Source: Octopus vulgaris (taxonomy: Eukaryota). From it: a stretch of 64,000 nt of DNA. Shown one piece after another: positions 32,883 to 45,025 of the stretch. Both the position numbers and the translations under genes were made by a program. Numbering within the stretch: position 1 is the first letter of the stretch; every line of letters begins with the position of its first letter. The DNA lies in assembly GCA_951406725.2 (NCBI GenBank), contig OX597829.1:13950001-14014000 (forward strand). The letters run 5' to 3'. The notes under the pieces are model-generated. The model was not told where the DNA came from, ran no database searches, and worked only from the letters and a program-made list of their open reading frames with translations.

Positions 32883-33318
32883 CATACATACATACATACA
32901 TACATACATACAAACAAATATACATACATACATACATACAAACATACATACATACAAATATACCCTGTCGGTGTTGAAATCCAGAGAAGGAGTCTTGGAG
33001 CTAAGTGAAAATTCAGCTCCTTCTTTCACTCGGTAAGAAATCTTGAAATAAAAATTATAATGACATATATACATACATACATACGTACGTACGTACGTAC
33101 ATACATACATACATACATACATACACACATACATACACACATACATACGTACATACACACATGCATAAATACATACACACATACATACATACATACATAC
33201 ATACATACATACATACATACATACATACGTACATACATACATACGTATATACACACATGCATGCATGCATTCATACATACATACATACATACATACATAC
33301 ATACATACATACATACAT

Positions 33319-33761
33319 AGGCGCATACATACAGTGGCTGTGTGGTAAGCTGTGTGGTAAGTAGCTTGCTAACCAACCACAAGGTTCCGGGTTCAGTCCC
33401 ACTGCGTGGCATCTTGGGCGAGTGTCTTCTTCTATAGCCCCGGGCCGACCAATGCCTTGTGAGTGGATTTGGTAGACGGAAACTGAAAGAAGCCTGTCGT
33501 ATATATGTATATATATATATGTATGTGTGTATGTGTATGTGTTTGTGTGTGTGTGTTTGTCCCCCTAGCATTGCTTGACAACCGATGCTGGTGTGTTTAC
33601 GTCCCCGTCACTTAGCGGTTCGGCAAAAGAGACCGATAGAATAAGTACTAGGCTTCCAAAGAATAAGTCCCTGGGTCGATTTGCTCAACTAAAGGCGGTG
33701 CTCCAGCATGACCGCAGTTAGATGACTGAAACAAGTTAAAGCGTTAAAGAGTTAAAGAGTT
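33319..33761 (+). mobile_element. SINE family A, full length (tRNA-derived head, internal microsatellite, LINE-like 3' tail)
   Basis: A box TGGCTGTGTGG (33335), B box GGTTCAGTCC (33390), 3' end GGCGGTGCTCCAGCATG.CCGCAGT..ATGACTGAAAC plus (GTTAAAGA)n tail. Resembles the described octopus tRNA-derived SINEs; exact family not assignable by eye. Confidence 0.9.
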
Positions 33762-33960
33762 ATACATACATACATACATACATACATACATACATACATA
33801 CATACATACATACATACATACGTACATACACACATGCATGCATACATACATACACACATATACATATAGGGTAGTGTATGTATATATATATATATATGTA
33901 TACATATATCTATAAAATGCATAGTCGGTATGTATGTATTTACAAAGAGTGAGAGAGAGT

Positions 33961-34000
<40 letters not shown>

Positions 34001-34162
34001 GTAGTTGTATAGGCGCATTAATATAAATGTATATATACATAATATATAGATATATACATATCTATATAAGCAAAGTTTAGTTGTATGTTAAGACATGTAT
34101 GAGTAGGCATATATGTAAATATATATGTATATATACACATAAGTATATATATTTGTGTGTGT

Positions 34163-34224
<62 letters not shown>

Positions 34225-34428
34225 TCATGTATATATTGAATATGTGCATATATATATATATCTGGGTATATATAAACACATTACCCTTTATTACCTTTAT
34301 TTATATGTATATGAATACTTATATCCATATATAAAAATTTGTACGCAAGTATACATATGTACATGGTATACCTGATGAACAACATGCATTTATATATAAA
34401 TATATACATATATACATCAATGTAAATA

Positions 34429-34481
<53 letters not shown>

Positions 34482-34599
34482 GCACTCAACAGCGCACACA
34501 TGCACAACTACACACACATTTATATATATACATACATATATATATGTGTATATATATATATATATGCATATGTATATATATATATATATCTATATATAT

Positions 34600-34698
<99 letters not shown>

Positions 34699-35720
34699 TA
34701 AGCTTTCTCTTTCTTTTCGTTTCGAAACCGTAATCCATACTCTTTTGTTACGATGAGAGTGATATGACTTATGTGACTGACATGACTGATCGTATTCTAT
34801 TCTTTCGTAGTGTCTTCATCTTTTGGTGCTGTTTTAGTGCAATATGAATATACATACTTATTGAAAACCTGTTTATATTATGCATACATATATACATAAT
34901 TATATACATGCGTGCATACCATACATACATCAACGTCCCACAATATTTTAAATATAAACTTCCAATAGTGTTTGCCATGTGTTTTCGATATGACACAACA
35001 TATATAAGCAAGTATGAAATTCAGAACTATATTCAACAAATGTACTTTTTTTTTTTTGCAAGAAATCATTGATCTCAGGTGCACTTGTGTGTGTGTTTGT
35101 TTGTGTTCCTTTATGTGTATGCCTGTGTGTATGTACGACTGTCTCTCCGTGTGCATGTGCGCGTGTGCTAACGTTGTGTGTGTGTGTGTGTGTGTTTTGT
35201 TAATTTTTGTTTTATTTTAATGTTGGTGATATCAGAATTTTTTTTTTTGTATTTATATAAGATGGTAATTTTTTTTATAAATATACACAAATAAGCACAC
35301 GTTAAAATTGTTGGAATTTATATCGTCAAGTTTGTTTGTTGCTTTGCATCATATTCAAAAACATGTGTTTTCAATTTTAAAATATGGATCCTGGAATATT
35401 TTTCATAGTTTAGAATGAGACAAAAAATATATCCTCTGTTTTACCTGCAGCATGACCACCCAATGTGAGAAAAAAAATAAATAGATAATTAGAATATAAT
35501 GAAAATTTGAAAACATATAAAGAATTAAACTCGAACTTAATACCTGTTCGTTGCATGTCGTGACATTGTACCACTGAGCTACTGGTATTTTTCTCAAATG
35601 GTTAATAAACTATGGTGGAAGATTGGAGAAGTGTATATATAAAAAAAAGATGGTTTTTGATTGTGCGTGTATGTGTATGCGCATGTGTATTTCTGGGTAT
35701 GTGTTTACACACAGATATAC

Positions 35721-35807
<87 letters not shown>

Positions 35808-36414
35808 TATATGTATATATATATACACTCATATATATGTAAATATATACATATATGTATAGATGTATATATATACATATATAAACACAATGTGTGTGTG
35901 CTTGTGTGGATATCTATGTGCATGTGTGTATGTGTTTATGATATAGGAGGGCTACAGAGGAGAGTGAAAAGAGACAAAAGAAGAGAGTGAGGCAGAGAGA
36001 AGTGGAGATACAGAGAGGCAGAGAGCAACTGGATGAGAAAACTTGTCAAGTGCGTGAGTTTGAATGAATGTAAATGAATGTATATGTGCTTATATGTGTG
36101 CGTGAGTGTGTGCATCTAAGTGTGTACGGATGTTTGAAAAAGGGAATGTATATAAACATATCTAAATATATTATATGTATATATGCGTGAATGTAAATGT
36201 GCGTGTGTGTGTGTGAATGTTGTGTACATATATGTTTGAAATATAGAGGAAAGGGTTGAAAGAGAAAATAGGATATGTATATTTGAAGGAGGGTGAGGAT
36301 AAATATTTGAAGAAAGAAAGGTTATTAGTAGGATAGAGAGTGTGGGAGGGACATAGAAGAAGACAGAGAGAGGGAAAGGAATATGTGGATTCATATATGT
36401 GTGTGTGTGTGTAT

Positions 36415-36508
<94 letters not shown>

Positions 36509-36699
36509 ACATATACATATAGTGAGAGACAGACAGATTGAGACAGAAACAGAGATACACTGAGGAAACAGGAGAGAGAGAGAGAGAGAGAATAAGGCAG
36601 GGTGTTTTCGGAAAAAGAATAAAAGGTATAAAGAAAGTGTTAAGAAAAAGAGAAGAAAAGTTTTACATGTATGTATGTATGTATGTGTGTGTGTATGTA

Positions 36700-36797
<98 letters not shown>

Positions 36798-37006
36798 TAT
36801 ATGTGTGTGTGTAGTGAGAGAGGAGGAGAGGGATGGAGGAAAGAGAGGAGAGAGGGGAAGAAAAGGACGCGAAAAAGAAGAGGAGAAGCGAGAGACGAAG
36901 ATCTAAATATTATTGCGAGAGATAAAATTTAACTTCATTATGAACTTGTGGAGACTATGATATACCGACGATGTCAGTATGCTATTACTGATAATGCTGA
37001 TGATAG

Positions 37007-37048
<42 letters not shown>

Positions 37049-37253
37049 CAAAATTTATCGTCCAGATTCCAGGGATCGAAAAGTAAAGTACTAATGAACA
37101 AGAGGAGGCTGTGGTACAGACTGTTCCTTTTTCACAAATAATAGGATTTTAGCGTTAGTGTAAAAATATTAAGTATGGTCCTAATGACAATATTGATGAT
37201 ACATACACACATACGCACGCATACATACACGCACACATACACATATATATGTG

Positions 37254-37311
<58 letters not shown>

Positions 37312-37338
37312 CTCAGATTCATATGTATTGACCTCTTA

Positions 37339-37407
<69 letters not shown>

Positions 37408-38390
37408 GTATATATATATATATTTATATATATATACATATATGCACATTTATATGGATATATATGCGTGTGCATGTATATGTATACATTTATGCATACA
37501 CAAATAAATATGCTTTTGTGCATAAATATATATATATGTATATATGTATGTAATATGTACGTATATATGTATGTATATATACACACATATATTTAGTGCA
37601 CTATACCTATACTATATATATATGCATATATATGTATATATTTATGTATATTTTGTACTATACCAAAACTATAGATATATGTGTGTCTATACATATATTT
37701 GTATGTATATATATAAGTATATATAGCTATATATATACACTTGTCTATATATGTGTGTGTATATCTATAATTATTTTTATATATGTATATATATGTACAA
37801 GTATATATTCATATACATACTTACACACACACACCCATATATATATATATTTATATATACATACATACACCAGAGTATATAAACATGCTATGCATATATA
37901 TATACGCAATATATGAATATATATATTTAGCAACACACACGCAATGTATCTATGTATTTTGGGGTGTGTATCCATACGCATGTATAATATATATATATAT
38001 ATACATGTATACATATACATAAGATACGTATATATTCACACACATAAATATATATACAAACATGCTTAAAATTAAGTACTTGTAGCTATATAATATATAT
38101 ATGAGTGTGCGTATGGTGCGTATATATGAATAAATCCAACTTTATTTATGTGCATATATAATTGAGTGCGTACGTTTTAGTGTGCGTGTGAGGCAGAGTG
38201 AGAGAGAGAGATACAGAATAAAGAGAGATACAGAATTAAGATTGACAATCAAACAGCCCAACAGCCAGACAGTCATATAGAAAGATGAATAAGTGAACTT
38301 ATACATATATTTTTATACGCATGTGCATGTATTCTTTTATTCTTACACACATATATCTTCGCGCGCATACACACACACACAATCTTTTTT

Positions 38391-38426
<36 letters not shown>

Positions 38427-38980
38427 ACTCATCGTGCATTACCATGTCTGCCAGCCTAGATTCGTGTCTCCGCCTACCTCAGCTTGCCTGCTCCGCTAAT
38501 CAGCGCCCAGAAGTAGTTCAAACCCTACCCGCCATATCCATCAGTCTATGCCTTGTAATAAAATAGAGAGAGAGTTTTGACAATTCTCCCTCCTACCTAT
38601 ACTTTCTCTCTTCCTCTTTCTCCTTCTTTCTTTCTCACAACTCTTCTTACAATGACTCTTTCTCTCTGACTCTCTTCCTCTCCCCCTCCCTTGCTGTCTT
38701 TCACCTGTTTTTCTCTCTCTCTACCCCTCTCTTTCACTTCTTTCAACAGTTCTTTTCTCTCTTTACTTGTCACACTCCAAAGCTGATGTGTGACGGCGAT
38801 ATTTCAAACTGCTGCTTCGGCCATCAACCAACGAACAGGAGGCGTGTCTCTCTTTTTCACTATCCCGCACTCTTTCTCTTTTACATTTTCCCCCTATTGT
38901 CCTCTATATCTGTTTCACTGCCTGTCAGATATTCAGTGTGTGCAAAGCTCTTTCTCTTGATAATTCAGGTCTTAACGGAA

Positions 38981-39000
38981 GCCAGCGCCATCTAGCGAGA
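38981..39000 (-). promoter_or_regulatory. Candidate CTCF site 1
   Basis: Minus strand TCGCTAGATGGCGCTG matches the CTCF core CCRSYAGRKGGCRSY with one mismatch. Confidence 0.55.
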
Positions 39001-39381
39001 GAGGCGTGTCTCTCCCCTTTCTTTTTTTCTCTCTCTCTCTCCCTCTCTCTCACTCCCACTCTCTTTCGTACATGTTTCTCACACGTAACACTCATTCTTT
39101 CTTTATTCCATTGATCGCTCTCACACCCTGCCTTTCCTTTTATTTCACCCTCACTCTTTCTTACTCTCATACTCACTCTCTTTGTCACACACACACAGAC
39201 GCACGCGCGCACACACACATTTACATATATGGAGACATGAAGATGCACACATTTCTTTATCCTCTCTCTTTCTCTGTCTACTCCACGTTTTTCATCCCCC
39301 TCTGTGTTTTCCTTTCCTCATTCATTTCTCTCCTGTCTTTTCCAAAGGGTCTGATGCTAATGCTTAATAGCCTGAACTGCT

Positions 39382-39401
39382 GCCAGTGCCATCTAGCGGG
39401 A
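39382..39401 (-). promoter_or_regulatory. Candidate CTCF site 2
   Basis: Minus strand CCGCTAGATGGCACTG is a full match to the CTCF core, in the same orientation as site 1. Confidence 0.65.
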
Positions 39402-39637
39402 GAGAGGGGCGGTGCCTGTATTCTTGTATTTCTTTTTCCCTCACATTCTCTTCTCACTCTCTCTTTACCTCCCCCTCTTCCTCTGTCGTTCAATCTCTCT
39501 CTTCCTCATTCTCCCTAACTCTATCTTCACAGTCTGTCTGTGCACGAAGCTTCTCTCGGTATATTTACCAAAGGGTCGACCCTGATGGTGATATTCACAA
39601 CCGCCGCGCTCGGCAGAGTGGTTTATATGTTGCCGTC

Positions 39638-39954
39638 GCGGCCGTAAGCTTTTGTTTGTTTGTTTGTGGACCCACAGAATATATACAGAACCAAAAAAAA
39701 AGGGGGTTACCCCTGCCAGCTACCGAGAGTTCGTACTGGAGGCTACCCGAGGATTACTACCACTTCACACCTACTACTAATATTACTACTACTACAATTA
39801 CCACCATCACCACCTCCATATCCAACAACGCCTCCACAAACGACAGTCAACAACATTGCCGCCACCATCACCGCCACAACCACACCGCTGTTGCTGATAC
39901 TACTACCACCACCACCACCGCCACCACCACCACCACCACCACCACCACCACCAA

Positions 39955-39985
<31 letters not shown>

Positions 39986-40297
39986 GCCGCTCCTGCTGCT
40001 AATGCTGTTACTACCTTCACCATTCAACACCACAACCACCACCATCACAACTACAGCTCTACTACTGCTACCACTACTGTCACCTCCACCACACCACCAC
40101 CACCACTACTGTCAAGTGAACAAACACACTGCCACTGCGGACGTAGGATTGTTTATTTGTGGATCTAAAAGCATACAGAACTGGGGAAAAAAAGGGGGTT
40201 GCCCTAGCCAACCAGTGAGAGCGTATAACAAGCAACCTACCTGAGGATTTTACAAACTATCTCTACTGCTACTACTATTACGGTCATCATCCACCCC

Positions 40298-40337
<40 letters not shown>

Positions 40338-41116
40338 GCCGCACCAACATTAACAAATAGACAGTCATATCTACATTATCAACAACAAAAACAACAACCA
40401 TAACAACGACAACAACAATTACAAAAATAACAATTGTCATAACTGCTATCACAGATCGAACTCGCTGCTTCCATTGCAGCCGTAAGATTTTTCATTTATT
40501 TTATATTATTATTATTATTGTTGTTGTTGTTATAATTTCTACTTCATTTTTGTTGTTTGTAAAACCACACAGAAACGGGTTGTCTCTCATTTAATCTCAC
40601 TCTCTCCGTCTCTCTGTGTATCAGCCATTAGTGGACCCAACTACAGTAAACAGAACTGAAAAAGTGGGGTTACCCACCTTGCCAGCTGTTGACAAGTACG
40701 CCGTGCAGTCTCTGTACCATTACCTATCAAACACAACACGCTACCACCACGGCCGGAAAGTGTTGTGTTTTTATTCTTGTTTATTTTTTTTCCTTCAATA
40801 TTTTTCTATTTTATTGCTGCAATATACATACTTGAAAGGGGTGTTAAGCACCATTACCAAAAATATCAGTGGACCTTACATATACAGTCGAGAAAATTAA
40901 AAGAAGGTTACCCCTGTTTTTGAAAGCGCGTATTGGAGATTACCAGAGGATTTACACACACATTCACAACAACCGAATACGCGGCTGCTACAGCCGTAAG
41001 GTTTGTTTGTTTGTTTGTTTCATTCATTTGTTTGTGAACACTAACTTTTTCTATAAGGTAGTCTCTGCTTCAGGCAGAGACTTAAGAAAGCGTACTGGAG
41101 GTTAGCCAAGGTTTAC
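39638..41116 (+). repeat. Five diverged tandem copies of a ~120-nt ordered module upstream of FoxA (about 39638-39757, 40137-40253, 40476-40700, 40750-40956, 40991-41116)
   Basis: The order GCCGTAAG / TGTTT tract / GTGGACC / ACAG / hairpin / CGTA(C)TGGAG / AGGATTT is shared. Copies are separated by unrelated trinucleotide-rich spacers. Confidence 0.8.
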
Positions 41117-41133
41117 ACCACCAACAGCCCAGC

Positions 41134-42435
41134 ATGCTGTCTGCAAAGACACCGTATGATGCTGTCAGCTCAAACAATTACGCCATGACTACAATGCCCG
41201 GCATGAACAGTATGGGCAATGTAGGGTCAATGAATATGTCAAACATGGCTTATTCCCATCAGCCGATGTCCAACATGACCAGTATGAACCCGTCTCTTAG
41301 TGGGATGAGTATGAGCGGTATGGGAATGCATGCATCGATGGGAGCAATGAATTCGATGAACGGTATGGGTGTCGGGTCGATGGCACCGGTCAACGGCGTA
41401 GGGGTAGGATCTATGGGAGTCGGTTCGATGAACCCTGTCAATGGAGTTGGGGTCGGATCAATGCGAGGAGTTGAACTCAATATGAACAGTATGAATCGAG
41501 CCCAAGCGATGCGAGCCCGTGACAAGACGTACCGACGCAGTTACACCCATGCTAAACCCCCCTATTCTTACATCTCCCTCATTACTATGGCCATCCAACA
41601 GTCCCCCCAGAAAATGTCCACCCTCAGCGAGATCTACCAGTTCATCATGGACCTCTTCCCGTTCTACAGACAGAACCAGCAGCGCTGGCAGAACTCGATC
41701 CGGCATAGCCTATCATTCAACGATTGCTTTGTCAAAGTGCCTCGGACGCCCGATCGTCCGGGAAAGGGCAGCTATTGGACCCTACACCCCGACTCGGGAA
41801 ACATGTTTGAGAATGGGTGTTATTTGAGGAGACAGAAACGATTTAAATGTCCTAAGAAGGAAGCCATGAGACAGGCGGCACGATCTGCAGCAGTGACCGG
41901 GGGTGGGTCGGCGGGTGGGTCGGGAGGAGGATCTGGACCTAGTCAACAAGGTTCCCCTGACCCTTCTCTCAACGATGACAGCCCCATTTCCGACTCACCC
42001 GGTCGCCAGGGAGATCTACATGTCCAACCGAAAAGCGAGATATCGCCCGCAGCTGCTGTTGCTCCGGTATCCCTAAACGCGTTCCAACAACAACAGCAAC
42101 AACAACAGCAACACACCGCCAATGACCTCCACGCCGCAGCTGCTGCGGTCCGACACATGCACCATGACGTCACACACAGCCTGTTGACCGGAAGCCATCA
42201 CCTCGGTAACCACCATCCCCACCACCCACATTCTTTCGATCACCCTTTCTCCATCAATAACCTCATGTCTGAGAGTAAACTTGACATGAAGCTTTACGAA
42301 CCGGCATACGGAGTAGCGTTCAACAATCAGCTTACCTCCACCCCTACCCACCACCCACACTCTACACCCCCGCCACCGATGTCCGATGGAAGCTATTACA
42401 AAACATATACGCCTCATTCAACTTCTAACTTGTAA
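41134..42435 (+). CDS. FoxA: Forkhead box protein A (HNF3/fork head orthologue), 433 aa, uninterrupted CDS
   Basis: FoxA-diagnostic forkhead domain [22 protein letters not shown]...[28 protein letters not shown]...[18 protein letters not shown] (~41533-41850). Also a Met/Ser/Gly-rich N-terminus, a Q9 tract and the C-terminal eh1/region II motif HPFSINNLM. Confidence 0.98.
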   Translation: MLSAKTPYDAVSSNNYAMTTMPGMNSMGNVGSMNMSNMAYSHQPMSNMTSMNPSLSGMSMSGMGMHASMGAMNSMNGMGVGSMAPVNGVGVGSMGVGSMNPVNGVGVGSMRGVELNMNSMNRAQAMRARDKTYRRSYTHAKPPYSYISLITMAIQQSPQKMSTLSEIYQFIMDLFPFYRQNQQRWQNSIRHSLSFNDCFVKVPRTPDRPGKGSYWTLHPDSGNMFENGCYLRRQKRFKCPKKEAMRQAARSAAVTGGGSAGGSGGGSGPSQQGSPDPSLNDDSPISDSPGRQGDLHVQPKSEISPAAAVAPVSLNAFQQQQQQQQQHTANDLHAAAAAVRHMHHDVTHSLLTGSHHLGNHHPHHPHSFDHPFSINNLMSESKLDMKLYEPAYGVAFNNQLTSTPTHHPHSTPPPPMSDGSYYKTYTPHSTSNL

Positions 42436-43008
42436 AATACACGTTTCACACACACACACACAAATACACGTAAACATATATATATATGTGTGTGTGTGTG
42501 TATGTATGTGTATATATATATATATATGTATGTATGTATGTATGTTTTTGTGTTTTTGTGTGTGTGTGTACGTATATATATATATATATATACACACACG
42601 CATACATACGCACACATAAGAAAATAACATCTAAAAAGAACATTAATTCCCCACCCACCCATCACTCTTCTCTCTGAAAAAATGCAACTGCAAAATTGAA
42701 ATATAAATAATATTAAAAAAATTGACTGGGTGGGATTGTTAGGGTAGCACTGCTATCGACTCTTTATCCACGTACTTATATTAAATGCTACCTATCACTG
42801 TCACAATGGATATTATTTACAATAAGAAAGGATAAAAAAAAAGAGGGGAGAAACAGGAAAGTGAATACTTTTATTAACAGTCTCTCTCCCCCTACACACC
42901 ACACACACATACACACACACACATATACCCACATATTTCCCTCTCCCCTCTTTCTAACTCCCATAAAAAAACAAAGAAACAAAATGAAACAATCACGCAA
43001 ATCATTTA

Positions 43009-43073
<65 letters not shown>

Positions 43074-43474
43074 ATTATTATTATCATGATTATTATTATC
43101 ATCATCATCATTATTATTATTATTTTAAAGACTTTGAATTTCTGTGTAAAGAATAACAACAAAAGAAAGGAAGAAAGAAGGAAAAACGGAAGAAAGAACA
43201 CGAGAAAAGTCTTAGAGGAAGAAGTCTCTCGCAATGTCACACCTAACCCTTACTAATATCATTTACCATTTTCACATATTCACATGACTGATCCCTTATC
43301 ATGATATACTTGTAAAAAAAATTGGCTTCATAAATATGGAATCTCTATTATCTCATACACACGCATATATGCATACACATACACGCAGGCACGCAGAGAG
43401 GCAACCATACAGTCAGGTATACGTTCACATACACACACGCACACAAGCCTATATATATGTGTCTGTGTGTGTGT

Positions 43475-43505
<31 letters not shown>

Positions 43506-43568
43506 CACACAATTCACTCATATAAAGAAAAATTGTAAGTGGGTTTGATAGGGAATAATACCCTCACG

Positions 43569-43625
<57 letters not shown>

Positions 43626-43711
43626 CTCAACAATTCCTATGACTATCTTTTTATTCCGTCTTTCCCTCTTTCTCTCTCTCTCTCTCTCTCTCTTCCTAAA
43701 TATACACGCAC

Positions 43712-43746
<35 letters not shown>

Positions 43747-43905
43747 CACATGTCCACACACACGCATACACACGCACACGCACACACATAGCACATGATC
43801 CAATAATGGGCTTTAAGGAAAAGACTTGTTGATGTTGTTGTTGTAGTCAATGTTACTTAAACTTTCCTTTTCTCTTCTTTTCATTAACCACATTAATATT
43901 TTTAC

Positions 43906-43959
<54 letters not shown>

Positions 43960-43976
43960 CATTATTATTATTATCA

Positions 43977-44081
<105 letters not shown>

Positions 44082-44405
44082 GTGTTGTTAGTATTAGTAT
44101 TAGTATTATCGCTATTTTGCAAGAAAGAAAGAAAATAAGACTAATCTTGAAAGGAACAAATACATAAAAATCTTCGTATTAAAATTTTGAAACTTGTCAT
44201 GTAAAACTGGTGTATTAGGTACAGTGACCGAACGTCTGAATCACCCACTGTGCACCAATCACTGCTATTGCAATAGAAAGAAAGAAAGAAAAAGGAAAGA
44301 AAGAAAGAGAGAGAGAGAAAGAAAGCATAGAAACGTTCAATATTTTACAAAACATTTCCATTATGGAACTTGTAAAAACAAAACGTTGGTAACAACAACA
44401 ACAAC

Positions 44406-44461
<56 letters not shown>

Positions 44462-44752
44462 TAATAATAATAATAATCTTTACTTCTTTTAATTGACATA
44501 ATTGACTATTGACTATTATTTGATAAAATGAAATTATTCTTAATACAACCTTTCTCGAAACATTTAATTTTGTTTTACTAAAATTAAATGAAGAATGGAG
44601 GACAAAAACAATGTCATTTTTATAAAAACAACCATCAACTTACTATGACCATATCTGCCATTACAACAACCACGACTTTTATAACCGATACTAACAACAT
44701 CAACACTAAGACGTTTCACACGACTACCAATCACCTCGATATTTTATACACA

Positions 44753-44805
<53 letters not shown>

Positions 44806-44975
44806 ACACCTCATAGTTAAAATCATAGCATAAAATAATTTATTATATGTAGTTCGACCAAAACAAAAAATTCATTTTTTAACAATTCTCAAAATATGAC
44901 CTACCAGCTACGGTCATTAAGATTAAAGCAGCAGCAACACCAATAAGAGAAACAACAGGTACCACATTTTTATAT

Positions 44976-45025
<50 letters not shown>

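Noticed and set aside
39386-40244. 260-aa and 194-aa ORFs upstream of FoxA (poly-T/P/L/H)
   Set aside because: They have non-ATG starts and trinucleotide-repeat composition. The modules they cross do not keep a reading frame between copies.
39638-41116. Module array as a CRISPR array, tRNA cluster or known ribozyme
   Set aside because: The context is eukaryotic with no cas genes, repeats are highly diverged and spacers are low-complexity and variable. I saw no cloverleaf and no hammerhead (CUGANGA/GAAA) or HDV core.
41259-42417. Antisense and alternate-frame ORFs overlapping FoxA
   Set aside because: They are shadows of the GC-richer coding sequence.
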